Shown piece by piece: positions 52,450-64,000 of a stretch of DNA of 64,000 nt (position 1 is the stretch's first letter; each line of letters starts with the position of its first letter). The DNA lies in NCBI RefSeq assembly GCF_006345805.1, contig NC_043012.1:11966001-12030000 (forward strand), given 5' to 3'. The notes beneath the pieces were generated by a model. That model had not been told where the DNA came from. It ran no database searches and saw only the letters and a program-made list of their open reading frames with translations. This stretch comes from Octopus sinensis (Eukaryota). The translations under genes and the position numbers were made by a program.

Positions 52450-52484
52450 ATTTCTGACGAAGAGCTCCGCTCGAAACGTTAAAT
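52450..52484 (+). ncRNA. Minimal type I hammerhead motif of the Penelope-associated kind
   Basis: ATTT-CTGACGA-A-GAGC(TCC)GCTC-GAA-ACGT-T-AAAT: intact core, 4-bp stems I and II, self-complementary ACGT stem III. Confidence 0.6.
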
Positions 52485-52568
52485 CCGTCTTTCTTTTCTT
52501 TCTTGATCCACCCCTACGCCTAAATTTATATCAATCTCTCTCTCTCTCTCTCTCTCTCTCTATTCTCT

Positions 52569-52615
<47 letters not shown>

Positions 52616-53154
52616 TGTATATATGTATAATTATACACACACACTCACACACACACACACACACAAATATATACACGCACTCAAAGAGTCATATCTATTA
52701 CGCACTATAAGAAAATCTTCAAGTTTATGAACGTAGTAGAATATTATCTCTTGTATAGTTACATGTTAAAGAAAATGTTTGTAACAACAAAATGAGGTTG
52801 CTGTTTGCGTGGGAGGGCATTCATTATTATTGATGGTAGCTTTACTTGTCTAACTTCTTGTTTTAATGATTATTGGTCTCTTTCATTATTTATGTACATT
52901 TTCAAGTAAGATATTTTTTACTTTAAAGTAGCTATGACGTTAGGTTGGTAGGAACATCGGTAGATAAATATGCAAGTACATACATACATATTTATTTATG
53001 TATTAAGCATGTATATATATATCTAAGAAAGCTGGTATTGATTCATAAGTTATTACATACATAAGTCTTTTTTTTTTTGCATTTCTCTCGTTTTTTCCTT
53101 TCGTCTACTATCTAAATATTTATCTATCTATCTCTCTCTCTATCTATCTATCTA

Positions 53155-53247
<93 letters not shown>

Positions 53248-53387
53248 GTTTAAGTTGACATGCGTATTTCGTGAAGCGTTCAATATCTTCTCAAATATCA
53301 AGGCGATACGTTTGCATAACCGCAATCCAATCACTGGAACATTTAAAAAATAAAATGTAGCCCTGTGTGGGCGTTCGTATACACACA

Positions 53388-53451
<64 letters not shown>

Positions 53452-53454
<3 letters not shown>

Positions 53455-53594
53455 GTGGCTGTGAGGTAAGAAGCTTGCTTCACAACCACATGTTTCCGGG
53501 CCCCCACAGCGTGGCACCTAGAGACAAATGTAGCCTCTGGCCGACCAAAGCCTTGTGAATGGCTTTGGTAGACGGAAACTGAAAGAAGCATATC

Positions 53595-53629
<35 letters not shown>

Positions 53630-53912
53630 CTGTCTATGTATCGGCCTTTATTACGGAACCTCTAAGCTGCGTTGATGTAATCACACCAACACCAGTTGAT
53701 AATCGGAAGTGAGGGACAAACACAGACACACATATATATATATAAATACATATATCTAGGACGGGCTTCTTTTAGTTTCCTGCTTATGAAATCCACTTAC
53801 GAGGCTTTGATCGGCTCGTGGTTATAGTACAAAGCTCTTGCCCAATCTGTCATGCAGTGGGACTGAACCGAGAACCATGCGGTTAGGAAGCAAAACCTCT
53901 TACCACTTCTCC
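53452..53912. mobile_element. Two decayed SINE-C copies: plus-strand head (53452-53592) and minus copy (53625-53912)
   Basis: GTGGCTGTGAGGTAAGAAGCTTGCTTC head; second copy ends CAGTGGGACTGAACCGAGAACCATG. Confidence 0.7.
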
Positions 53913-54916
53913 ACATATTTATACATATGACAAACTTCTTTAATATACCGCCAACCTAATCTACCCACGTCAAGCTGAAGACGCCGACCCCAAATTCCTC
54001 GCAGCGGGATTGAACCGAAAAGCATGTGGTTATGAAGGTAACGTTTTACCACTCAGCCACGTCTGCATTTATTGTTTATTATATTTCCAAGAGTATTGAT
54101 TGTCGGTATATTGCCATCATTTTTTATTTTTCCAGGAGTTGGTCATATATCTACAAACAATTCCATTACTGACCATCACTGTGGTATGAAAGACGTAAAG
54201 CAGGAAACTAGTGATCTCGGGGTCGTGTTTTCGCGCTCTAATCTGGATGATGTTTTTTTTTGTTTTTTTTTTTTACGGAGGTGACTTAGACACGACTGCA
54301 GCTGTTAGGCTGATACGAATAAAACAATAAAAGAATAAACAGCATCAACATTTACTGAGTTCTCACTCATTCGTTTGACAAAAATTATGTATGGACGAAT
54401 GTTCTGTATTCACTCATTTAAATTCTTCCTCTGATGAAGGAGCCGGTTTGAAACAAAGCTACTAAAGTCTATCTTTGGATGAAGATGACGAAAACAGTGT
54501 CACATTTTAAACATGGGAAAAGTCTTGCATAATTCTACTGTTCTGCTGACAGATTGTATTTGTATTGTGCGAATCGGTTGACCGATTTCTTTTTCTGAAA
54601 AACCAAGCTTATACAAACTGACAGTTAGGTATTTTCTTACAAAACCAAGTGTTCCGAGTATTAATATGTATAAATGTAAATTTGTAATCCAGATTTATAA
54701 GCTGAAGGTTTCAAAGTAGTTGTCCATAGTTATTTTATTTTAGTTAATGAGAAGGCTTACATAATTCTTGAATAAAATTTCACACACATTATCAATGATC
54801 ATTCACTGCATCGTTGAGATATATCCGTTCGTATCCAGCGGAGATACTTAAAGGAAAGGCCATCATCAGCTTAATATTTACAATTTTTTAGTCTGTAATA
54901 ACATAAAATGAAATGG

Positions 54917-54956
<40 letters not shown>

Positions 54957-55725
54957 CAACAGAATTCGACGAACATTTTAAAAGTTGTGCAGCGTACATT
55001 ATATATGTTTGAAGCTGTAGGCAATTATTTTACATAATCTTTCGAGTTAAACACTCCTCGTGAGATGTTTTTTCATTCAAAACATTATATGAATATGTTG
55101 GCAATAATCTGCCTTGTGTGAGCATATGCATGATTCTGTGAGTGTTTTTGTGTGTGTATATATATGTATAAGTGGACCTGTGTGTGTGTGTGTGTGTATG
55201 TATGTGTGTGTTTTGTAGGAGCATAGACAATAAGAAAGTTGTTCTGCTTATAACAGAAATACACGGAAGCTGAACACCATAGCAACAGTATATGATAATA
55301 ATAAAGGGAATAAGGACAATTAATAACATTTTACAAGACACACACACACACACAGACACACGCGCACACGCACACACATACACATGCACACACATACACA
55401 CACAAACACACACGCAGACATGCAGACAAAGACACATACAGAGAAATAATTGGTTCCCTATGTTCGAAAGTATAAATTTTATGTAATTATAATAATTATT
55501 CAAATCAAAATTGCACACACGCACATATCAGCTTACCCTCATTCACCTACAGACGTGTGTGCGCACACACACACACATCCACACACACACACACACACAT
55601 ATATACGTGTATATAGGTAAATACGTGTATATGCATATATGTATATATATATATATATAAATGTATATAAACGTATGTGTATATATGTATGCTTGTATAT
55701 ATATATATATATGTGTGTATATATG

Positions 55726-55756
<31 letters not shown>

Positions 55757-55761
55757 GTATA

Positions 55762-55817
<56 letters not shown>

Positions 55818-56404
55818 ATATTATATATATATATATATTATGTGTATGTGTGTATGTATCTGTGTGTGTGTATGTATATGTAAGCCTATGTGGAAATGCG
55901 TATCCTATTAAACCGAATACATGTTGGTTTAGCTGAGTGATATTAAGTAAAGTTGGTGATTTCGTTCGCAAGCCTTTTTACTAATCGGCTTTTCCTTAAT
56001 CTCTTCGATGGCGTTCCAATAATCCGTGTACGATTATATGGAAACAACGTATTCATCTACTGATATTGAACTTTTCTTTATTGTTCACTGCCATGCTGCT
56101 GCTTCTGCTGTTGCTGCCACTGGTCAGTCAGCTTCACGTAGTTTAAGAACTTTCTACATGTGTTCATTTGTAATAGTAGTTAAATGATATAATCATCACT
56201 GGTAACGGCAATCTTATATCACCTAGTAACATAGGCGGGAGGCGTGTAATACGAAGCTTGCTTCACAACCATGAACCTCCAGGTTCAATTTCATTCTGTC
56301 GGATGTTGGACAATTTTCCTGTTACAATGGTCCAGGGCTGACACACTCATACATTACACGCGCATTCTTCCACCTGTATTTAAAGTAGGTAAGGAGTGAA
56401 CACG

Positions 56405-56660
56405 ATGAAGGCGCGTAGCTTAGGGGTTAAACTATTGTACATACAATCCCAAGGTCGTGGTTTCGATTCCCGGAGTGGCTGGTGCGTTGTGTCATCGAGC
56501 AAAAGACTTCTTTCACGTTCTCTGTGTCCACTCAGCTGTAAATGCGTAACCCTGCCACGGTCAGGCGCCTGTTCAGGAGAAATGCTGTGACCATGGTCAC
56601 TTGCATGAGATGGAAAGCAGGTGATCGGCCCCATGAGTCGTAGGAGTCAAGGCAAATACG
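56405..56660 (+). mobile_element. SINE-B-like decayed copy
   Basis: GAAGGCGCGTAGCTTAGGGGTT...GTGGTTTCGATTCCCGG head; TTTCACGTT...CACTCAGCTGTAAAT body. Confidence 0.6.
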
Positions 56661-56805
56661 AGGTGTGTAGATATGAAAGAAATAACTTCAAATCACCTCT
56701 GTATCAAGTTCCACTGCCTTATATATTGGAAACAACGCACTGTACTTGAAAATAAAAATTAGAGGACATTGTTACTGATAGATTTCTTTCAATATTTAAT
56801 CAAGA

Positions 56806-57025
56806 GCGAAGCGGCAGGCTGGAAGAGTCGTCAGCACGTCAGGAAAAAATGCTTAGTGGCATTTCGTTCGTCTTTACGCTCACTGTTCAAATTCCACAGG
56901 GGTCGACTTTGCCTTTCATCCCTCGGGGTCGATAAAATAAGTACTAGTTGAGCCTTGAGTTTAATGTAATCGACGTAACTTGCCCCAGTAAATTTCTGGC
57001 CTTGTGCCAAATTTTGAAACTAATA
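56806..57025 (+). mobile_element. Decayed SINE-A, tail 3
   Basis: Core GGTCGACTTTGCCTTTCATCC; tail GGCCTTGTGCCAAATTTTGAAACTAATA. Confidence 0.7.
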
Positions 57026-58559
57026 GTTCATCTGGACCAGCCTGAAGCTAAACAGGATCAGTAGCATTACGCCAGATCCTTTTAACTGTAAACTGACGGT
57101 AAAGGCATAAACCCTTTTAGTTTCTTTTCTTTCGGAGGTTCTCAATCATTATGCATCCATCAGTAAGAAATCCGTAATTTCCAAGAAAACAATAACAGAG
57201 ATGGAAATCGGGTAACATTATATCCGCCGATATTATTCTTTAACTGCGACGACAACGGCAACTCACGCCGCATTTATTGGATAACACACATTGCGATACA
57301 TATATCATTTATTGAATAAATGTCACGATGGCATATAACACTAATCGAATAACTGTCACAGTGACATATATATATTGTATGTATGTATCTATGTATGTAT
57401 GTGTGTATGTATAGATGGATGGGTGGTTGTATAAACATATGTGTATATATATAAACGTGTGTGTGTGTATGTATGTGTGTTGTCCATGAAAAAATCTCCC
57501 ACAACAATACACACGCCATATTTCTACATCCAAGTGAAAACATCAATTGCCTTTTTATCTATCCAATGGTGAAGGTTATTACGTTCATTATTGAATAAAT
57601 GGCGACCAATACTACAAGTAGTGTTTTAATCATAAGTACAACTACTATATATAGATATATATCGCTGTACGCTGGGTATATAAGACGACTCCATAATTTC
57701 CTTTTAAAATGTAGCTTATCAACAACTACACTCGCTCTTGAAGACTACTTCGTAGTATTTCACCGTTATTGCAGCGGCTGGTAAATGCGTGAGGCCGCTT
57801 TCAGCGCCTTTATGACTGTTGGAACTTGGTCCTTATCGCCATGTGTTTATGCAGGAAGCATGGTTTGATATTAGTAGGTAAACTCTATGTCATGTTTATC
57901 TTTAATTTGTAAACGCTATCATTCTTCACGAGAATATCGGTAGGATTGTGTTCGGATTGTGATACAAAGGTGACTCACTAAACCGTAATATGTTAAGGTT
58001 CAAATTTGTGCTCGGTGTTTAAGATGAGCCCTGGCTTTGAGGTGATGTTTTTAACGGTGCAAATTCTGCCCTGTAGAGTGTCATACACGGTAAATGTCAG
58101 TCAGTCATCGAGTTAGACTACGTTGCAACATCGATTCTGGAGTAAGAACACGAAGTCTTGGGGAAAGGTCCTACTCTACTTGATTCACAGGATTTGTACT
58201 ATATATTACTTCTGTATAAGTATAATCTAAACATAAATATTAGAAACTCATCATCTGATTTGGATCGTACATGTTAAGGAAGAATGACAGAAGTTACGAA
58301 GAACTAAAAGTCCTTCACTTTCCCTTAAGTTTTAATTCGCTATTAATGTATACGTAATGTAAAAACATTATTTATTGAATAGAAATTTTAAAAAAATATC
58401 CGTATAGTTTTTTAACACGTGATAGCTGTGAAAAAAGCCTAGAAAGTTGGGTAATTACAACTAGAAGATGAGGAGAAAAAAAACGTACTGACATGTACTC
58501 GAAACTTGCACCTTATTCAGTTTCCAAACACAACTTCAACACTGACAAACACACACGCA

Positions 58560-58598
<39 letters not shown>

Positions 58599-59524
58599 CA
58601 CTCATACAAACACACACACACACACACACACACGCTCACTCATACAAACACAAACACACAAAAACACACACACACACTCGCATACAAATACACACACACA
58701 CGCGCGCGAATACACACTCGCGTACACACGTAGATACACATACATACAAATGAAAGGCAATATACTTTGAAACCACAACATCTAAGCGGTATTTGCAGAA
58801 AATTTTGTTATAAAGTGTCAATTTGTCTGGATGTTATGAGGCATCAAAGTCGGGGGCGTATACATCTTTAGTAATACCCTTCTTATTTTATACGACATTG
58901 TTTGCAATGTTCTTTTTCTCTCTCTAACACACACACCACTGCAAAGCTTTGAGATGGGCTGCGGAACTTAAATCTCCATATTGTTCTGAAGGGAAAGTAA
59001 AACTTGACAAACTGCTTCTTCCTGTTGTTGGATGCTGGTTAAAAAAAAAAAGAGAGATTATGACTGATAAAATGAAGAAAGCAATATTTACTAAGCAAGC
59101 GAGCACTAATATACAAAGAAATAATTAGATGTAAAAAATATAAAAATTATTAGAAATGGGAAACAAATGTGAAAATATTATCAAGGGGCTAGCAGAAACC
59201 GCCCGGAAGGCGGTCTTTCTGTTTTTGTGTACAAGTATGTGTGTATTATCTATAGGAATTTGTGTGTGTGCGCGCATGTGTGTGTGTGTAGTTGTTGAAT
59301 TTGAATGGCTCTCTGCTAACCCGGATGCTGACGTTAGAGCTAATGAATTTAGAAGGAGGATGCTGATTTCGAATACTGACATCTGATTAGTAGATGTAGA
59401 GAACTTGTATATCCCGGATGTTGCTGTCCGCAAAGAGAAACACAAAAGAATGAACTGGACAAGTAACTTACGCATCAATTTGTCATTGAACAACTGGGTT
59501 GGCCAGCCACTCCGTAGCTTTTAA

Positions 59525-61878
59525 CCCTCGGTCTACCAGAGAAAAAGTTAGTCACTAATTACCAACTGGGTCCAATAAACCTAATATTTTTCTTTTAATT
59601 AAATTTTATTCAAACTGACACTATTTCTTAGCTACATAATATATGCTATCAGGCGAATGAAGAATTACTGTTTTTCACGAATTTTAATAAAAAAAATACA
59701 GCTTACAGAATATATTATAAATTACAAAAATACGGAATTACAGTTCTTCATGGCAGTGAATGCAGACAACATTGGAATGTCCTTGGCAAACATGGATATT
59801 ACAATTCTTACATGTAGTTAGAGTTTTCTTGTCTTTTGTGGGGCTACACAAAAAACATTTCCCTTTTTTCTTTGGCTGAGGAATTTCAAATGAAGTTGAA
59901 GATCGTCTTCTTTTCTTGTTTGGTTGAGAAATGCTAGCGAAACTAGAAGATTGTTTGTCATGTTCTTGTTTAGCATTAACTCCAGCAAGTTCCTTTCCTA
60001 ACTGGATCAGGCCCTTTCTTCTTTCTTCAAGTGAAGCTGTTTATCAACAATGAAAGCATTCACTGCACTTATATCAATCGTGTTGTATAATATAACCCTA
60101 GGCCATCTTCGAGTCATTCTTTTGCAAGTGTATGTCCTTACCGTCTTATCTAGGGTTTCTACTCCTCTTTGTGTTTTGTTGTAACATGTAATAACGTCAG
60201 GTTTTTTCAGGACTTTTTGAATTAATTGAAGGCTGAGGGTGCATTGTACTCATAAGTGTGACTACATAATTTTTCTTGGGAAAATAAGATAGGATCATAG
60301 AATCCTTTTGAAATCAAAATATTGTGCTGTTGATTTCTTTTTCTTTTCCATTCGTGAAAGCATTTCGAAGTTCAACTCTGTTCTTTCTAATTATTCCAAC
60401 TAAAGTAATTTTCTTGTTAAGCAGCTTTCGAGCGAATCCTAGACATGTAAAGAAATTATCACAAGTTATATTGTGACCAGTATTTTCAAGTTCTTTTACT
60501 TAGTCTTCAGCAACTCTTGAACCTTGATTTGTCTCTCTCCTTTTATTGGGTTTTTTCCACTGTAGATTTGCATTTTACAGGCATAAGATGTTTCGCTGTC
60601 ACATATTGCCCAAATTTTAATGCCATATTCCCCTGGGCTTGAAGGAATATATACTCGGAATGGGCAGCACCCTCTGAATGAAACTAATTGTTCATCAACT
60701 GTCATGCATGAACTTGGAATATATCCATCTTGCAAATTCTGATTCCACATTTCAAATATTTCTCTTATGGGCTCCACTTTATCACCACTTCTCTTTTCTT
60801 CTTGCACTAGCATCATCAAATCGTAATACCTGTAAAGTCTGTTGAAATCTTCCCCGGCTCATTCTTTTTCTTTTGAGTATTGGGTGGCAATTCTCTTGAC
60901 TCCATAACTTTGTGACATTTTCATATTTAGATTTATAAACATCTATAAGAATAACCATTCCAATAAGTTATTGACCTTCAACATTTTTACATTTACGAAT
61001 TACTTCAAGAAGTTTCTGGCGCATAAAGATAGTAAAACATGTTTCAATGCTATTACAATACCTTTTAGTAAAACGGGATTGTCCACATTCTTGGCGCACA
61101 GTATTGCAAGATGAAGTTCATACTGCTTACTCAAACTTCTTGTCTATCTCTAGAAACATATTGCTCAATCATAATTGGGTGTCTGATGACACAGAACCTA
61201 AATTGTCCAGGACACAATCGCTTTCACAATCATTTTCAAAGCAATAGAAGGCACCACGACTATCTTTTACCCATTCTTCGTCTAATCCCAATAACCTTTT
61301 CGATATTTGGTTTTCAATCAAGTTTTCACGTCTAGGCATAGTGGAAAGCACAACTTAACAATATGAAACTTGATAGCAGACTGAAGGCAGATATTGCTCT
61401 CACATATTTATACTCTCCTGAAAGATGATGCAATATATTGTAAGAATTGCATCATTACATAGAAATATTGTATCACCCTATAGCCTAGCAGATTGAAGGT
61501 GATGCAATACTACACAAATTTACAGGAATATTTTCAGGATTTTTTCCTATTTTATATAAAATTCAGCAAATAAATTGAATACCTTTTTATCTATATTATA
61601 AATACCTAGGAGAATAGTATTTGATGCTGATTTTATTCTGTTTAGAATGACAAAAGTATTGTCTGAATGTAATTCGAGGGACCAATGGACCGATACGGTA
61701 ATTAATGTATGAAGTGAACATTTCTAGCTTTTATAAACGTACGGAAATTTTCCCAGTTGGCAAATAAAAGAGAGTCAAGAAAAAATAAGATTCACGAGAA
61801 ATCAACAGAATGAAATAATATAAAAAGTAGATAAAAGCAACTGAAATGGGTCCATGGGACCCATTGGTAGACAGAAGG
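59525..61878 (-). mobile_element. Full-length piggyBac-family DNA transposon (2354 bp), inactive
   Basis: TTAA at 59521-59524 and 61879-61882; 14-bp TIRs CCCTCGGTCTACCA / CCTTCTGTCTACCA (12/14); subterminal AATTACC...GGTCCA repeats; internal transposase. Confidence 0.92.
59738..61339 (-). pseudogene. piggyBac transposase pseudogene (PGBD4-like)
   Basis: MPRRENL start; motifs TVDEQLVSFRG, GIKIW, TCDNFF and YNKTQRGVETLD (third catalytic D reads E); C-terminal Cys-rich domain CFLC...CKNC..HVCQGH..VCIHC; multiple stops and frameshifts. Confidence 0.9.
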
Positions 61879-62109
61879 TTAATAGGCATCAGATGAATGG
61901 TCATGTAATATATTTTTTGTTAAGCTGTAAAGGCGCTTTTAACCGGCAGCTTGTCAGGCTTTTGATGGGATTTTGATAATAAAATTGAAAATTGCTATCA
62001 ATCGATGTCCTAGATATAGCAGTTCGAGAATCCTCAAAATCATTCTTTATCATATAAAAAACTGAAAATGACATTAGTACTTTTGGTGCTGGTCATACTA
62101 TATCTTTTA

Positions 62110-62365
62110 TTTGCTTTCTTTTATCTGTTACTAGTTTCAGAAATTGAACTGCGGCCATGCTGAGGCACCAGCTTGAAGGGTTTACTCGAACAAATCAACC
62201 CTAGTACTTACTTTTTTAGATACACACACAAGACACAAACACATACCCTCACACACACACGCACATACACACACACAGAAGATGGGGCTTCTTTCGGTTG
62301 CCGCTTCCCAAATTGACTCAGAAGGCTTTTGCCGGCTCGGACCTTTAGCAGAAGACATTCGCTCG
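62110..62365 (-). mobile_element. Decayed SINE-C
   Basis: ACTGCGGCCATGCTGAGGCACC tail; GGGCTTCTTTCGGTT body. Confidence 0.6.
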
Positions 62366-62587
62366 AGGACCCTTTAACTCGTTTACTTGTTTCAGTCATT
62401 TGACTGTGACCATGCACTGGTGTTTACGTAATCGACTAGCTTCTAGCAACAAAATTTCAGACTTAGCAGCTATACCAAAAAAAAAATAAAAAAAAAAAAC
62501 GGAAAAGAAAAAATATACTGGAAAGGTTGTAGAGTTTCTACCTTGTACAAGTTTCATGCCTTATACTGGCGTTGGGGATCAATACCA

Positions 62588-62958
62588 TTATTACCTCCGC
62601 CTTAGCAAAGGCGGAGGTATTGTTTTCAGTCGTGTTTGTTTGTTCGTCCCTGGACAAAATATCTCAAGAACTGCTGGATGGATGCGGATGAAACTTTCAG
62701 GGATATTTGGCCTCGTGACTGCTACGAACTGGTTAGATTTTGAGATCGATCCCGTACTGGACAAGAAATCTGGATTATTTTTCCGTTTTTTTTTTACTTA
62801 ATTTTTGGGAGCGGTCGGTTTCATTTTTAGTATTCTCTTTTGTGAGAGCATTTGAGTCTATTTCAAATATTCTCGTTTAAAAAAATCATCTCTGGTTAAT
62901 CGTTGAGAAGACATTGGTGTTGCCTCGGCGGGGTTTGCGCTCTCTGAGTGCTCTTGTT
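62588..62958 (+). mobile_element. Helentron/HINE-like non-autonomous element
   Basis: Begins TTATTACCTCCGCC with a perfect 12-bp hairpin (62592-62619); short TTTG tract; ends GGCGGGGTTTGCGCTCTCTGAGTGCTCTTGTT with a small 3' stem-loop. Confidence 0.55.
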
Positions 62959-63199
62959 ATCACTTAAACTAACACTATAACACTACTTCATCCACCTGTC
63001 ACTCCCTTCCTTCCTCCAGTCTCACGTTTCTTCCATTATTATATCTTTCACCCACGCCATATTAATCTCACCCCAACCCAACTCCTCCATCACATTCTAC
63101 TTTTTCTCTCTTTCTGTCAACAGTTCGCGTTATATTTTGTATTCAGTTTCTATTTTGTCAACTCATCTCGTATTGTGAACCGTTTGAGTGGATCGATAT

Positions 63200-63505
63200 G
63201 GTAACGACGACGACGACGATGATGACAGCGATGACGACAATGACTACGAGAATGACAGTGGTGTTGACTGCAACGATGATGACGATTATGGCGATGATGA
63301 GGAGATGATATTGACAACGTCGACGACAAAGTTGACGGTGGCGGTGACGGCTGTAATGATGTCAATGAAGACGTCGGCGATTACGATGATGATGACGACG
63401 ACGTTGACAGCAACCATGACGGAGACGACGACGACGATGACAACCACGCCGTAAACAATGGCAGCTATAACAACGCGACATCCATAACAGCATCAATTGT
63501 ATCAA

Positions 63506-63541
<36 letters not shown>

Positions 63542-63716
63542 TAACAGCAGCAACAACTGCTGCAATACAAGTAGTTTTTGACAAACAGAACAGCAACATG
63601 TCATCATCACCATCATCATCATCGTTGTTGTGGTGGTGGTGGTGGTGATCCTCATCATCATCATCATCATCACCATCACCATCATCGTTGTGGTTGTGGT
63701 GGTGGTGGTGATCATC

Positions 63717-63748
<32 letters not shown>

Positions 63749-63885
63749 CGTCGTCCTCGTCGTCGTCGTGCTGGTCGTCGTGGTCGTCCTCGTCGTAATC
63801 ATCATTATCATCATCATCATCATTATCATCATCATTATCGTCATCATGATCAACAACGACAATAACTCTGACAACAACAGGAGCG

Positions 63886-63916
<31 letters not shown>

Positions 63917-63925
63917 ACAATAACA
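63200..63925. repeat. Compound GAT/GAC/CAT/CAG/AAC triplet low-complexity region
   Basis: Successive triplet runs give poly-D/H/M/T/V ORFs in several frames on both strands. Confidence 0.85.
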
Positions 63926-64000
63926 ACTACATATAACCAGTGTTGATAATAATACATGTCATCTAATCCTCATTTCATTGATGGATTCATTACGGCAAAC

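Noticed and set aside
54136-54183. 48-nt plus-strand exon-like segment with strong acceptor and GTATGA donor
   Set aside because: Open in two phases with no homology or partner exons; cannot be distinguished from a pseudo-exon.
54431-54455. CTGATGA...GAAAC hammerhead-like core
   Set aside because: Stems I, II and III cannot be formed convincingly.
59290-59520. Plus-strand ENLYIPDV resembling Cys-loop receptor loop A, and minus-strand MRKLLVQFILLCFSLRTATSG signal-like ORF
   Set aside because: In-frame stop, no Cys-loop, a local CCGGATG duplication explains part of the pattern, and splice sites are unconvincing.

Overview
AT-rich, extremely microsatellite-dense eukaryotic DNA, mostly intronic or intergenic. 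The SINE families and repeat content resemble octopus (coleoid cephalopod) genomes; this is my pattern recognition, not a database result. Almost all ORFs in the supplied track are translations of simple repeats and are not genes. Supported content: (1) about 25 copies of three tRNA-derived SINE families, labelled here SINE-A, -B and -C; (2) a cluster at 6.6-9.3 kb of RLE-type non-LTR retrotransposon pieces (R4/Dong-like) plus a ~550-bp non-coding element, all sitting in (TAA)n microsatellites; (3) a full-length but decayed piggyBac at 59525-61878; (4) a TIR MITE with an 8-bp TSD carrying (TTAGGG)n; (5) a Helentron/HINE-like element; (6) loop-less palindromes, one (41352-41510) encoding a near-complete type I hammerhead ribozyme on each strand, plus other Penelope-type hammerhead motifs; (7) a 1.87-kb duplication across a 100-N gap that is probably an assembly artefact. 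No host gene could be identified with confidence; a phase-compatible chain of small minus-strand exons is offered as a low-confidence hypothesis. I found no rRNA, functional tRNA gene or CRISPR array. Family names are assigned from motifs by eye, and most repeat boundaries are approximate.
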